From the NCBI GenBank assembly GCA_000002435.2, contig CM018793.1: a stretch of DNA of 64,000 nt; one strand, given 5' to 3'. A program made the position numbers and the translations under genes. Below the pieces are notes generated by a model. It saw nothing but the letters and a program-made list of their open reading frames with translations. It did not search any database and was not told the DNA's origin. Below are positions 10,901-21,867 of the stretch, piece after piece (the first letter of the stretch is position 1; each line of letters opens with the position of its first letter). This stretch comes from Giardia intestinalis. Lineage: Eukaryota.

Positions 10901-12922
10901 CTAATCATGAGGAACTTTAGAGAGTCGCTGTTGGCGGAGAAACTGGAGTTGGGCACGCTTGGCTTCACGGCTACTTTGGTGACCGTTGCTACAAGGTCCG
11001 ATTGCAGATGCCAGGAGAAGCTCTCGCTTGTGTCTCTCGAGAAGTGCTGAAGACTCGTCGTGATACATGGACATGGCAGCCTTGATGTCCTGCTCTGTAT
11101 CCGTAAAGATCTCTATTCCCAATTGCATCTCGGCAGTGAATTCGTTGGCTATGGTCAAGATCGCGTCCTTATCTTGAAGAAGTTGCTGCCTGAGAACAGT
11201 GAACTTCAATGCATGCTTCTTCTTAAACTCCACCAGCTCTGTCGCATGGCGAGCCTTGATTGCGGTTAGGTCCTTTCGAGGGGTCGCTGTTCTGTCCTGT
11301 GTGCACAAACTTGGAGGAAGAGCCGTTGCCAGCTCAGGAGGAAGAATGTCATGTACATGGAGCTTACTGTGTGTAGTCCCTGTATTGATAGTAAACGAAT
11401 GGTTGTCTTTCTCAAGCGGGTAGACATGGTCATTCTTGAGAGTTTTGACATCCGGATCTATGCTACTTATGCTTATGTCATTAAGGTTCGTGATCGTTTT
11501 CTTCTGCGTCAGATCTTCACTGTCGAGGGAGTTTGCATGAATCTGTGGGGTTTTAGAATGATGAAATCGTTCAGGAAGTTCCATGCGTGGAGTTCTTGGC
11601 GTCAGACAAGTAACTTTTGGGTTTTTGGGGCTTCGATCGACAAACAGCAAAAAGATCGAGGATCTTCTGTCAGTCTGTCGCGCACCGCGCTGCACATTAT
11701 CTTCATCTAAAAGTGCTAACTGAGACATCTGGCTCATGGCTTCCACAGAGCAAAAGCTAAGTCCGCCAGCAACCTCGTCTACGGATTGCTCAGTTGCAGT
11801 ACAAGAGCTGGCAGATGCAGCGCTTGCAGCGAGAAGACGTGTGCTAGAAATGAGGCATCCAACCTCGTCTCTGAATGCATAAACATCGTCCTGATTAGGA
11901 ATCGAAAACCGCAGTGTCACATTTTGGTCCAGATTACTTTGCTGGGCTTCACGAAGCTTAACATGAAAGGGGGAATTGATGGAGAGAGAGGACATGCTAA
12001 TTCCAATTATAAGTAGACACTTGCGGTAGCTGAGTTGCATCTTACTGAGAATATCATAAGGAAGACGTATTAGCCCTATGTTCGGAAGCATAGTACAGAG
12101 AGACATACGCCCACAAAATATTATGCCTTCGCCTAACGAAATTGACAGGTTCGTATTATCATAGCTTATTGTGCCACCAGAATAGAGAAGATAGCGCACC
12201 TTAAAGACATCCCCAGAGCCTATAGTCCCAAACTCATCATTCATAGCACAGATGAGAGTGTTTATGGTGCGTAGAAAGTTCATTTTTGTCAAGGAATTGA
12301 AGTGCATCTGTATAGCCGGCGAGAAGGCGATAGCACTAACGTCAGGTATGCGATTCCTTATTCGAAGAAGAATCTCAACCAAAAGAATTTGAGTAGAATA
12401 GTCTGCACATGCTCGTAGCTCTTGCCGAATCATGTCTGCCAACTCTCGTAGCACTTCCGTAGAGAACTGGACACCATGCTTTAATATCTGGGCGATGAGA
12501 AAAGCGTATCCTGCTTTAATGTAGTCCTTAGACGCCTGTGCCACAAATGACCCTAGCGCAGGAAGAAGTTGGGAGACTACCTTTTTAAGCTGTGGTGAAC
12601 AAGATACCATTGCTTCCATGACCTTAAAGATGGGAGGCACGCTATAGACAGCATTGGCCTCGCTTAGATTTAATGCAGAGCTGCAAAAGGAAATGAACTG
12701 ATCATTCTCAACGAACTCTCCTGCAAATGCTGGATTCAGCCCGAGAGTGGTTAGATACTCGGTCACCCCAGGATATGTTTCAGGGTCTGAAAGCATCTTC
12801 CTGGCTCTGCCATATGCCATCAGGCTTTTGGATGCCGAAAGAACATGTGGGGTGTCAACAAGAATCTTTTCAACCTCATTAAAATTACCAGCTTCAAGCT
12901 CCTTGATAAAGCGCAATGACAT
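10901..12922 (-). CDS. Hypothetical protein (673 aa)
   Basis: It is a long ORF with protein-like composition and no motif I can assign. Its C-terminal third is predicted helical and charged. Confidence 0.55.
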   Translation of the reverse strand: MSLRFIKELEAGNFNEVEKILVDTPHVLSASKSLMAYGRARKMLSDPETYPGVTEYLTTLGLNPAFAGEFVENDQFISFCSSALNLSEANAVYSVPPIFKVMEAMVSCSPQLKKVVSQLLPALGSFVAQASKDYIKAGYAFLIAQILKHGVQFSTEVLRELADMIRQELRACADYSTQILLVEILLRIRNRIPDVSAIAFSPAIQMHFNSLTKMNFLRTINTLICAMNDEFGTIGSGDVFKVRYLLYSGGTISYDNTNLSISLGEGIIFCGRMSLCTMLPNIGLIRLPYDILSKMQLSYRKCLLIIGISMSSLSINSPFHVKLREAQQSNLDQNVTLRFSIPNQDDVYAFRDEVGCLISSTRLLAASAASASSCTATEQSVDEVAGGLSFCSVEAMSQMSQLALLDEDNVQRGARQTDRRSSIFLLFVDRSPKNPKVTCLTPRTPRMELPERFHHSKTPQIHANSLDSEDLTQKKTITNLNDISISSIDPDVKTLKNDHVYPLEKDNHSFTINTGTTHSKLHVHDILPPELATALPPSLCTQDRTATPRKDLTAIKARHATELVEFKKKHALKFTVLRQQLLQDKDAILTIANEFTAEMQLGIEIFTDTEQDIKAAMSMYHDESSALLERHKRELLLASAIGPCSNGHQSSREAKRAQLQFLRQQRLSKVPHD

Positions 12923-13000
12923 TCCCTGCGGATATTTTATTATTAATGGAGCAGGGATTGACGCCGGGAGTCACCACAGGGAATCCAGAATTTAAAGTTC

Positions 13001-14497
13001 TCAAGGCGGTTCAGATGGAAAGTAGTCGGCAAGAAGCTGGTTTGCCATCTCTGAGAGCTCGATGTTTGGAGAACATGTCAAATCATGTATGATAGTTAAT
13101 GTATCTAGGCCTATGAAATGCTCAGTTATCAATCCATCGCTTTCTTCAATGAGACAGCGGATTAGGTGAAGGCCGGCTAAAAGTGTTCTATCCTGAGATG
13201 TGCGCAACGACATCCGCAACCCGTGGTCGAGAGCACGTATTTCGTCAACATCGTAATCTAGTGACACCAGCGGTGACTGTGAGAGTCTTCCCCATATAAG
13301 AATAGAACTGTGGACAATCTTTGTAGAGCTAGTGCACAACCCTTGCATGATCACTTTTCGCAAATTATGCCCCATAAGGACTGATAACATAAGATCTACC
13401 AATGACAAAGATTGAAGAATATTGTAGATTATCTCGCGAACCTTTAGGTTAGAAACAAGCACACTATTGAACAAAAACGGCACGAACCGTGAGTTAGCAT
13501 GATGAATGGCCAAGGCCGTCTGCTCATCGTATGTAAGGTTACGAAGGAAGTATAACCCCGGTCTACAGCTTGCTAAGGGAAGCTTGTACAAATAATTAAT
13601 GACATGATTAGCAACTCCTTGCTCAAGAAGGTGTGTGCGGATAGATGCAACGGTTGGTAGATTGTACGAGGATGTGATAAAGTGATAGATCCAGCAGCAA
13701 TCATCAAAAATAACGGACACAGTTGTCGAGTACATCACGTCAATAACGGCAGGGATGATTGGAAGAAGGAGCTGGTGGCACTCGTCCGTTTCAATATGCT
13801 GTGCTAAGTTACCCACAGCATAAATCACGTGGTGTTTAATCCGCATGGGGAAGGCGGGCTTGATCAAAATTCCGTGAAATGTAGCAATAAAGCCGGTTTC
13901 TATGGCAGTGAAAAACAACGCTTCGTCCTTAACATCAAAAAGGAACTGCAAACAGAGAAGAATTGCACCCAGCAAATCTTCATCTAATACTTCATCAGAA
14001 GCCACTTGATCCAGGAGTAGCTTCAGCACAGGGAGAATATTGCAATTAAAAAGAGTAGAAAGAGAGCTGCCATTAGCTGCCAAACAGTTGATACATTGGA
14101 GGCAGTGGAGTCTTATGGTTCGATCTGGAGAAGCTAGTTGGCGGATAACCCCATTGATTAGTGTGGGAAAGTGTAGAAGAAGAGACACGGCTGTTTCATT
14201 GCCGAGCTCTATAACAAGTTCAGCAAGAGAGTTGACAAGAGGCTCGTAGACATCAGTGCCGTGGCGAGAAGGATCGAAGACAGGAGAGGCCATTATTGGA
14301 TTGCACATAGACAATAGGGTAGCTTCATCGAGTTGCGTTAACTGAGTATTGGAAGAAGTAGACGCTCCCTTGGGATGCTTAGAAAAACCATCGCCAGTAG
14401 AGTCAGGGAGGCCTGAAAAAGGCTGTGCTTGAGTTTCCTTCCGCAGATCTCTACGGTGAAAAAGGTCTCGAGAATCTGCAAGGTATATCCGCCGCAT
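13001..14497 (-). CDS. Hypothetical protein with ARM/HEAT-like helical repeats (ORF extends to 14533, and an in-frame ATG at 14497 avoids overlap with the upstream ORF)
   Basis: It is a long ORF with repeated leucine-rich helical segments, for example LPVLKLLLDQVASDEVLDEDLLGAILLCLQFL. It has a low-complexity N-terminus. The start is ambiguous. Confidence 0.5.
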   Translation of the reverse strand: MRRIYLADSRDLFHRRDLRKETQAQPFSGLPDSTGDGFSKHPKGASTSSNTQLTQLDEATLLSMCNPIMASPVFDPSRHGTDVYEPLVNSLAELVIELGNETAVSLLLHFPTLINGVIRQLASPDRTIRLHCLQCINCLAANGSSLSTLFNCNILPVLKLLLDQVASDEVLDEDLLGAILLCLQFLFDVKDEALFFTAIETGFIATFHGILIKPAFPMRIKHHVIYAVGNLAQHIETDECHQLLLPIIPAVIDVMYSTTVSVIFDDCCWIYHFITSSYNLPTVASIRTHLLEQGVANHVINYLYKLPLASCRPGLYFLRNLTYDEQTALAIHHANSRFVPFLFNSVLVSNLKVREIIYNILQSLSLVDLMLSVLMGHNLRKVIMQGLCTSSTKIVHSSILIWGRLSQSPLVSLDYDVDEIRALDHGLRMSLRTSQDRTLLAGLHLIRCLIEESDGLITEHFIGLDTLTIIHDLTCSPNIELSEMANQLLADYFPSEPP

Positions 14498-14507
14498 AAA
14501 ACCAGTT

Positions 14508-14813
14508 CTACTTCCGTTTTTTAGTGTAATCAATTTTGCTATTATAACAATCCAAACAATGATAGCTATCTCCTGAAAGCAAGGAGCAAAGCATGCACAC
14601 TCTTCGAGAACAAACAGCGCAAATTTCTGAACAACTAGTGCAATGAATCATACTGCAAGACGGGCAAGCCTTTTTAGATTGAGCAGATTCACCACAGACT
14701 CGGCAGCGCCAAACAAATAGCGCCTCGTCAGTACGCATTAGTGAGTCGTCAAATTCACTGGAGTTACGGCACATTTCTGCGATAAGACCGTCTGCTCCAG
14801 ACCTGCGCCTCAT
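14508..14813 (-). CDS. Small CxxC-rich putative zinc-binding protein (101 aa)
   Basis: Six CxxC pairs (CRVC, CPSC, CTSC, CAVC, CMLC, CLDC) sit within 60 residues. The ORF shares a 61-bp AT-rich divergent region with the kinesin gene at 14875. It could also be an upstream ORF of the 13001 gene. Confidence 0.35.
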   Translation of the reverse strand: MRRRSGADGLIAEMCRNSSEFDDSLMRTDEALFVWRCRVCGESAQSKKACPSCSMIHCTSCSEICAVCSRRVCMLCSLLSGDSYHCLDCYNSKIDYTKKRK

Positions 14814-14874
14814 TTCAATCTCACTATTTCGTTTTTTGAAGAGGCAAAAACTACAGTGAAATTTTGAAGCTTCG

Positions 14875-16794
14875 ATGACTTCTCCATTAACAACTGAGGA
14901 GCTCCAGGCATCCCAGCTACAGGGCAGTCAGAGTGTGTCCAACCGTATCCGTGTTATAGCAAGAGTTCGACCCTTTCTCCCTGGAGAAGTAGTACCAAAC
15001 CCGGCATGCATCACGGCATCAAACAACGTAATTACGGCCCGTGATCCCACCAACTCAATGGTAGTCACATCTCATCCATTTGATATTGCGCTGGGGCCGT
15101 CTTCCACCCAAGATAACGCTTATGAAACCATATCTAATGACATCTATCGCGTGATGTGTGGCGTTCCTATGCTTCTTTTGGCATATGGAGTCACATCTGC
15201 AGGAAAGACATACACTCTTTTTGGAGAAGGAAAGGACACGGGCCTCTATGGGCGGGCAGTCAACGATTTGTATCGGCTCATTGACATCTCAGCCATTGCT
15301 AAGTCTGCACTGGTGAGCATTTCAGTGGTACAAATATATATGAATAACGTCATGGATCTGCTGAATAAAGGAGAGCCTCTCAAACTCCACGGCGCAGGGA
15401 CGGATCCTCTTCCCGGAAGAAAATGGATAGATGTCGATTCTGCAGCCAGCTGCTTGTCTCTGACTCGACGTGCCTTACAAAACAGGGAGATGTCATCTAC
15501 AGCACTGAACACAATGTCTTCGAGATCACACTGTATCGTTTTCCTTCGAATTTTAGATACTGCCACGGGCCAGGCATCAGGGCTGACAGTCGTCGACTTA
15601 GCTGGTAGTGAACCACACATGCCCGGGGCATCTAAACAGGTTCAGCAGGAATCCAGCTTCATCCGTACGTCGTTGCTAATGCTCGATCGGGCTATGAAGG
15701 ACCTGAAGAGCCTCAACTGCACACGGACGACCTCTGTGAGTTTCCGCTCTTCTCCTCTCACTATGGCTCTGCGTCCATATCTGCAGCCTGCAAGCGATTT
15801 CTCCCTTCCGTGCAACGCAGTTATCTTTCTCAATCTTCACGGAAAGGTAGATGGGTTTTTCAGTAACAAAGAGACACTCCAACTCGGTCTCGTCGCCAAG
15901 TCGGTTAAGAATTATTCTAAAACAGCTTCTCGCCTCGGCGTGCTTAGCACAACGGCGGCGTCCATGGCTGGGTCCATGGGCAAGTCCCTTTCGCGTTCTT
16001 CTCGCGCTCGCCCCACCGATATTGCTATAGAGGATGGGGGCAGTCTTCCTAGTCCAGAAATTACTGGCACTATTTATGCTACAGCAGATACAAACATTAC
16101 GCTATCTCAATGCAGTAGTGCACAGGACATTACTCGCTTCCCTAATTGTCCTACTTCTCTTGTGATTCAAGGAGACAGCATACTTATACCAATCACGTAC
16201 TGGAACAGCATTCTAACAGAGTTTGAAAACCTGGCGACTGCATTGGCCAATGCAAGCGGGGATATTCAGGAGGAGCTTCAAAATGCCCGCCAAGAGGCAG
16301 TCGCCGAAATGGCACAGCTCATGGAACTCAACATTGCGAAGGAACGTGAAACTCTGTTAACCGATATCGTTGAAAGGGACGCAACTATTAACAGCCTTCA
16401 GCAAGAACTTGTCATAGTGATGGCAAACAATGATACACTATCAAAGCAGCTATATGTCACTAAGACAAAGCTTAACAGTTTTCAGGCGACAGTTGATTCA
16501 CAGCAGAGCAGTCAACGCGGCACATCGAAATTTGGCGATCCTGTATTCAGCACATCTATCGATAATAATCTATTAGATCAACTAAGATCGTACAGGGAGG
16601 AGAACTATCAACTTAAGCAGCGCCTATCAGAACTAGAGAGCCAGTACAGACGCTCCGTCTCTCAGTTGGACTACATCAAAGCAGAGCTGCAGCGTGCATC
16701 CACCGATAGCACGAGGCTGTCCATACCCTCTAACTTAATGGGGCTTCCAGACACAATGACCAGTACTCCTCGAGATCTCTCTAAGAGCGAGTAA
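14875..16794 (+). CDS. Kinesin-like motor protein with an N-terminal motor and a C-terminal coiled-coil
   Basis: The kinesin motifs appear in order. These are IRVIARVRPF (beta1), the P-loop GVTSAGKTYTL, switch I NTMSSRSHCIVFL and switch II VVDLAGSEP. The C-terminal half is coiled-coil (QELVIVMANNDTLSKQLYVTKTKLN...). Confidence 0.8.
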   Translation: MTSPLTTEELQASQLQGSQSVSNRIRVIARVRPFLPGEVVPNPACITASNNVITARDPTNSMVVTSHPFDIALGPSSTQDNAYETISNDIYRVMCGVPMLLLAYGVTSAGKTYTLFGEGKDTGLYGRAVNDLYRLIDISAIAKSALVSISVVQIYMNNVMDLLNKGEPLKLHGAGTDPLPGRKWIDVDSAASCLSLTRRALQNREMSSTALNTMSSRSHCIVFLRILDTATGQASGLTVVDLAGSEPHMPGASKQVQQESSFIRTSLLMLDRAMKDLKSLNCTRTTSVSFRSSPLTMALRPYLQPASDFSLPCNAVIFLNLHGKVDGFFSNKETLQLGLVAKSVKNYSKTASRLGVLSTTAASMAGSMGKSLSRSSRARPTDIAIEDGGSLPSPEITGTIYATADTNITLSQCSSAQDITRFPNCPTSLVIQGDSILIPITYWNSILTEFENLATALANASGDIQEELQNARQEAVAEMAQLMELNIAKERETLLTDIVERDATINSLQQELVIVMANNDTLSKQLYVTKTKLNSFQATVDSQQSSQRGTSKFGDPVFSTSIDNNLLDQLRSYREENYQLKQRLSELESQYRRSVSQLDYIKAELQRASTDSTRLSIPSNLMGLPDTMTSTPRDLSKSE

Positions 16795-17169
16795 TCAAAT
16801 TTATGCAGGGCAATCTCTATTACAAAGGTATCTTTAGAGAGTACTACTTTTGTAAGAAGCATATAGAACACCTTTTATTTACTTATATTTACTTATTACG
16901 CACTAAGGATAGAATCTTGGCAATCCAGTCTTACCTTTTGCCCAAAGATAAAAGCATTTGTTAGGATAACTTTAACAATCAAGATATTATATAAAATGTT
17001 ATCATAGACCTATCAAGCGCATTATAGCTCTATTCTTCTTTGAATCTCATCTCTTGAAAAATAATTGGTTGTGAAGTTCCCTATAAAACTAACAGCAGAT
17101 ATTTTCTGCTTGTGTTGTATCCCCCAAAGGGTATGCTTGAACGCATGTAAATCTGAAACTCGTAGACAG

Positions 17170-20100
17170 CTACTTATGGTATATTTCGATCCGTGACTGT
17201 CTTGTAAGGCTTTTGGTTACTCCAGATGTTACTTTTGAGTTGAGAAGGTGCTGCTGGTAGATAGCCGCTTGTTGCAGCTGCTGTGACTTTCTTTTTTCCC
17301 GTTCAAGCTCAAACCGTAAGAATTGCTCAGTCGTGAGGTTTGACGGTTGTTCTGAGGTACTATTAATCGAGCTGATGTTGAGACATGGACTCTCATGCAA
17401 ATTGGACAGAGCAAGGTCGTCTCTGGCCTTCTTTTTCGACACGCTTGAATGGGCCGTTTGAGACGGGGGTACCCTCGTACTCAGCGTAGATGTTCTAGTT
17501 GCAAAGGTGGTGCTGCTGGGGCGCTGTGTACTTGTCCGTGCAAGGCTGCTTAGGCTGTTCAATTTAGATTGTACCAATATTGAGCCACTTCTTGTTCGCT
17601 GAGTCTGGGCAATAGAGTATGTATTTAGATTATCCATAACACACATAGCCGGTAGGTCGCCTGTCCGTCCACTAGGAGATCCGAGAGACGTGATAAACTT
17701 TTCAGGCTTGGGAGCCGTTTTTGGACGGATTTTCTTAACCGTTCCCGAAGAGGACAGTGCATATTCGTACGGTTTTGCTGTATAATTTGAATAAGGCCGT
17801 ACCATATTCAATCCTACTGAGCCTGGGGGCTTTGATGGAGTGACCATAGAAGGGGTGGTAACAATGGGGGTTCCTCCCCGAGGAGGAGACACGGGCCCTG
17901 CAGCCTCGCTTGCGATCCGCTCGCGCTCATGCTCTCGATCCTCGTACTCGCTACGCAAAAACGTTACATAGTCTAGTGGAACAGGAACAGGCATGAGCTC
18001 CAGAGGTAGGACTATTGCTGCATGCTGAGACGGTTGCCGTGGAGCCTGTTGAACATAGCCAGGAAGATGCGCAGCTGTTCCACCATAAGCATAGCCTCCA
18101 ACGGACTCACTTAAGCCCATTGCCTGTTCATCAGAGGTGAGCTCATGGGATGTTTCTAAAATGCTCTTAGTCTGCTGTCCATCCACGGTCTGGAGGACAC
18201 TACTGACCGCCCTTGTCTGCCCATCAGACTTATAAAGATATTGAACTCCGCTGTTCTTGTACTCACTATTCTCTACGTTCTCGGTAAGATCACTAATGGT
18301 TGTCGTGTATGCCGAACCACTGCGAGCTTTGGGTGCAGGTCCAGTCATCGGACGGCTGTGGGGCCTACTACATGGTTGTAAGCCGCCAATAATAATAGCT
18401 GCATGCTTACCCTCACAGCATTCATGTATTACATTCGAAGACTTTCCATACTCCCTTTGAAACCACATGCAGATCTGCAGGAGCTTGTCAAAGCGCTCCA
18501 TGAGCTTCTCCCGCTCTACAAAGCTACTCTCTTCGACCTCTTTCAATCTCATTTGAAGAATATTAAGCTCGTATTGAAAATGCTTGGTTAGTTCTTCACG
18601 TTGATTTATCATCATACAGTCCAGTTCTACAGCAAAGGTACTCTTTTCTGACTCAAGCGCACACCTAATTTTAGATTCCAGTTCGGCCTGGTCTCTGCTT
18701 TCTTCAGCGTACTCTTGTGCGATACGTGGCAAAGAATTTATGAGCTCTGTGTTCTTAGTATACAATTCCTTTGTGTCTGCAAGAAGACGCTTTATCTCTT
18801 GATCGTGTTGCTTCTGCATCTTTTCCACAGTGGCGTCAAATCTCTGGGTCGTTGCACTGAGCTCCCTCGTCAGGGACAAGATCTGCTGCTTCTGATCGCT
18901 TATTTGCTTGAGAAGGGCTTCTTTTGTCTGTCTACTCTGAGCCTGAACCTCCAGGAGATCGTTTGATCGTTGATCCAGCTTTGCTTGAACCTGATTAAGT
19001 GAGTTCTGTAGGGCTTTGTTAGCCTTTGCTGGATCAGTATGAGAGGCGGAGCGGCGCCTCTTGGGACTACTAATTATGTGATCCGATGTTTCTAATTGTC
19101 GTGCAGAGGCAACACGACTTCCAGTATTACCACTGGTAGGCCGTGCACCCATTATGATATTTCCGTCTTCATCAATGATTTCTCCATTGGGACCAATGGT
19201 GTATTCACCTGTCTCTTTGAGCACTTCAACCATCTCATTAATACGGCCCTGCAATGCCTTGCGTAATTCTTCCTCTTTTGATAACTGCGTGCGGACATCT
19301 ATCAGTTCAGACGTGAGCCGCCTTACCTTAGACTCCAGATCTGCTGAAGACAAATCAATTATTGAAACACGGGGCTGGTTAATGATATTTCTACATCTAT
19401 GTGCAAACTGTATTGTCGATAGAGTTTCATCATAATTGGATTTCAATGGGTACACTGTGCATATCATGGTAGTGTGGCAGGAGCCTCCTAAAGCGTGCTG
19501 GAGTATCCGGGTCAGTTTAGAATCTCTGTAGGGAATGTGTGGTAAGTTCTTTGCCAGTGCCTGGACAACGTTCCCAAGGGCAGAGAGGCTTCTATTGATG
19601 CTAGCAGCCTCTAACTTTCTTGTTCCATCAGACGCTGATTTGGACAACCTCTCAGAACCCGCGAGATCTGCAAAGGTCAAGACAGAAGACCGGGTTGTCC
19701 CATTTACCCGATCATTTTGAACAACTGCAACAGAGAAAATAGCATGGGATCGTGACGAGCGTTCATTTGCTGCCGTTGCAAACGTTACTCTTCGATTGAT
19801 ACCTTTTTTAAGCAGTGCAAGCATAGCATCTGCTGAAGAAACTGGATGAGCAGAAAGCCCCTCCGCATACACAGCGCCGGTTGTTGTCTCACGAAGCTGT
19901 AGGATCTTGGAATCCTGCTGCTTTGCAGGTGTTGCATTGCTAACGATAGAAGGCTCCGCACCAGCACTGGAGGCATCCGGCTCCACAAGTTGTCTGGTAC
20001 TGCCGAATGAGCCCATTGTGCTACTTTGTACAGGTGGTTTATCATCTAGTAAGTCATACGTGTTATCCAGATAGAGCTCGAGGAACGATACAACAAACTG

Positions 20101-20496
20101 AATCTCAGCGCTCCCTTCCCTTGCTTGGCGCTGCTGGAAAAGATACCTGATGGTCCTCGTTACCATACCTTCATTATTTTTTTCTCCAAAGGTGGTGAAC
20201 GATTTCCCTGATCCGGTAGCACCGTAGCAACAAATAGTTCCGTTATAGCCATCTAAAACTTTATCGGCGATGGGGAGCGCTATGTTTTCAAATATGAACA
20301 CCTGAGAAGTTGTGCCCGGCCACATGCCATCTAGCTGATACTCCTTTTCTGCAGCAGTTCCGTCCACCGCAAAATCTCTGGCTTCTGCTATGCTGAGGGT
20401 GGTTCCTCCAGCGGTAGTAGACACGCTCATCTTTATCTGCTCTGCATCATCAGGGACTGGTCTGCACCGCAGGTGAACCTCCACTTTGGTTGACAT
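17170..20496 (-). CDS. Kinesin-like motor protein (1108 aa) with a long coiled-coil and an S/T/P-rich tail
   Basis: The motor motifs are the N-terminal HLRCRPV, the P-loop YGATGSGKSFTTFG, switch I NERSSRSHAIFSV and switch II LTFADLAGSERL. The neck and coiled-coil follow, then a low-complexity Ser/Thr/Pro-rich C-terminus. Confidence 0.85.
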   Translation of the reverse strand: MSTKVEVHLRCRPVPDDAEQIKMSVSTTAGGTTLSIAEARDFAVDGTAAEKEYQLDGMWPGTTSQVFIFENIALPIADKVLDGYNGTICCYGATGSGKSFTTFGEKNNEGMVTRTIRYLFQQRQAREGSAEIQFVVSFLELYLDNTYDLLDDKPPVQSSTMGSFGSTRQLVEPDASSAGAEPSIVSNATPAKQQDSKILQLRETTTGAVYAEGLSAHPVSSADAMLALLKKGINRRVTFATAANERSSRSHAIFSVAVVQNDRVNGTTRSSVLTFADLAGSERLSKSASDGTRKLEAASINRSLSALGNVVQALAKNLPHIPYRDSKLTRILQHALGGSCHTTMICTVYPLKSNYDETLSTIQFAHRCRNIINQPRVSIIDLSSADLESKVRRLTSELIDVRTQLSKEEELRKALQGRINEMVEVLKETGEYTIGPNGEIIDEDGNIIMGARPTSGNTGSRVASARQLETSDHIISSPKRRRSASHTDPAKANKALQNSLNQVQAKLDQRSNDLLEVQAQSRQTKEALLKQISDQKQQILSLTRELSATTQRFDATVEKMQKQHDQEIKRLLADTKELYTKNTELINSLPRIAQEYAEESRDQAELESKIRCALESEKSTFAVELDCMMINQREELTKHFQYELNILQMRLKEVEESSFVEREKLMERFDKLLQICMWFQREYGKSSNVIHECCEGKHAAIIIGGLQPCSRPHSRPMTGPAPKARSGSAYTTTISDLTENVENSEYKNSGVQYLYKSDGQTRAVSSVLQTVDGQQTKSILETSHELTSDEQAMGLSESVGGYAYGGTAAHLPGYVQQAPRQPSQHAAIVLPLELMPVPVPLDYVTFLRSEYEDREHERERIASEAAGPVSPPRGGTPIVTTPSMVTPSKPPGSVGLNMVRPYSNYTAKPYEYALSSSGTVKKIRPKTAPKPEKFITSLGSPSGRTGDLPAMCVMDNLNTYSIAQTQRTRSGSILVQSKLNSLSSLARTSTQRPSSTTFATRTSTLSTRVPPSQTAHSSVSKKKARDDLALSNLHESPCLNISSINSTSEQPSNLTTEQFLRFELEREKRKSQQLQQAAIYQQHLLNSKVTSGVTKSLTRQSRIEIYHK

Positions 20497-20556
20497 TCAA
20501 CTGAAAAATTGCAAATCCTGGGAGTTTTTTTGATGCCAACCTCTGTAAGCCCTACC

Positions 20557-21867
20557 CTACTCTGGCGTGCATTCTTCAAGCAGCTCCATTGCACAGCTCA
20601 GGTTTTTGATATCTTCAGAGAGTAGCTTAATTTGTGATTCTAAATCATCAGATCCACCTTTCTCGCCAAGGACATGGTTTTTGTCAAGTGACGTATATGT
20701 TGTTAATAAGCTTTCTATTGTGCTCTCTGACACTGTATGAGCCTTGTCATTCCGCGTTTTCTCTGATTTATTGTTATTTGCTTGGTGACTATCCATCATC
20801 CGCAAATGTTCTTGAGGAGGGAGATTTGGTTCGGTAGATTTTATTACTGTAGCTGGATTGGAACCCTGGATCTGCGGATGTTGAGGTGGAAGGTTAATAT
20901 CCATTGAATGAGCATAATCCGTTAGATGGCTTGCTTCTCGAGAGGTACTACATGGACTATGGAGAGATTCTGGTTCAGTTACTGCTTGTTTTCTCAACGA
21001 GCATTGTGTTTCAGAGGTGAACGGAGGTATGGGAGGAGTCAACGCTGAATCCAAGCGTATAGCCTCACAAATGGAGATGGGTTGCGGAGATGATATTTTT
21101 TCATATCTATCCACTGTCATTCTTGCTTCCTGCAGGTAGTTTTCGAGGTCTTTTCCATCAATCCCAACCAATTCCAAAACTCTTCGCATTGTTCTCACCT
21201 CCTGCTTATATCGTAATATAACGTCCTCCATTCGTTTCTGAACAGCCATAAATTGGCTTTCGAATTCATCGTGAGACTTTATTGCCTTATTGGCCAATCT
21301 CCAGATTGCAGCCTTGCATAGGTCCAGGTCTGTAGAATCCGATGGTACCCTGCAAGCGGATGTATTAATAGTACCGGCATTGACAATCTTAAATGAGTCG
21401 GGTGACAAACACGACGAGATACTCTCGCTGTCTTCGTTGTTGTGGATTGCATTTATCTGTTGACCTGAGGCCGCGTGACTGGCAGAACAATCGTCCTTAG
21501 CTGGTTTCTTCCCATGTTTAAGAACCAATGCTAGCATGTCATCGTCTCCACAATCCACTGCAGCGTCAAGGGGACTGAGATGCCCGGGGATAGCTCCCAT
21601 GTCATATTCATGGGGAAGAAGGGCCTCCACTGCCTCTTGAAAGTGCTCGATGATTGCTATAATAAGCGCACTCTGACCACGTGAGTTTACGCATCTGCTC
21701 TCGTGATCCATAAGATTTTTTACCATCTCGATGTTCCTCTGTCGCACAGCACACATTAAAGCTGTCTCTCCACACTCGTTAATACTGCATGACAAGTTCT
21801 CTATATGTGTAGCCACATACTCTAAATTTCCGGCTCTAACAGCCTGAAACCATTCTGCGGACGTCAT
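20557..21867 (-). CDS. Ankyrin-repeat protein with a C-terminal coiled-coil (Giardia 'protein 21.1'-type)
   Basis: The N-terminal ankyrin repeats include GETALMCAVRQRNIEMVKNLM and RGQSALIIAIIEHFQEAVEALL. A helical, charged C-terminus follows. Confidence 0.75.
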   Translation of the reverse strand: MTSAEWFQAVRAGNLEYVATHIENLSCSINECGETALMCAVRQRNIEMVKNLMDHESRCVNSRGQSALIIAIIEHFQEAVEALLPHEYDMGAIPGHLSPLDAAVDCGDDDMLALVLKHGKKPAKDDCSASHAASGQQINAIHNNEDSESISSCLSPDSFKIVNAGTINTSACRVPSDSTDLDLCKAAIWRLANKAIKSHDEFESQFMAVQKRMEDVILRYKQEVRTMRRVLELVGIDGKDLENYLQEARMTVDRYEKISSPQPISICEAIRLDSALTPPIPPFTSETQCSLRKQAVTEPESLHSPCSTSREASHLTDYAHSMDINLPPQHPQIQGSNPATVIKSTEPNLPPQEHLRMMDSHQANNNKSEKTRNDKAHTVSESTIESLLTTYTSLDKNHVLGEKGGSDDLESQIKLLSEDIKNLSCAMELLEECTPE

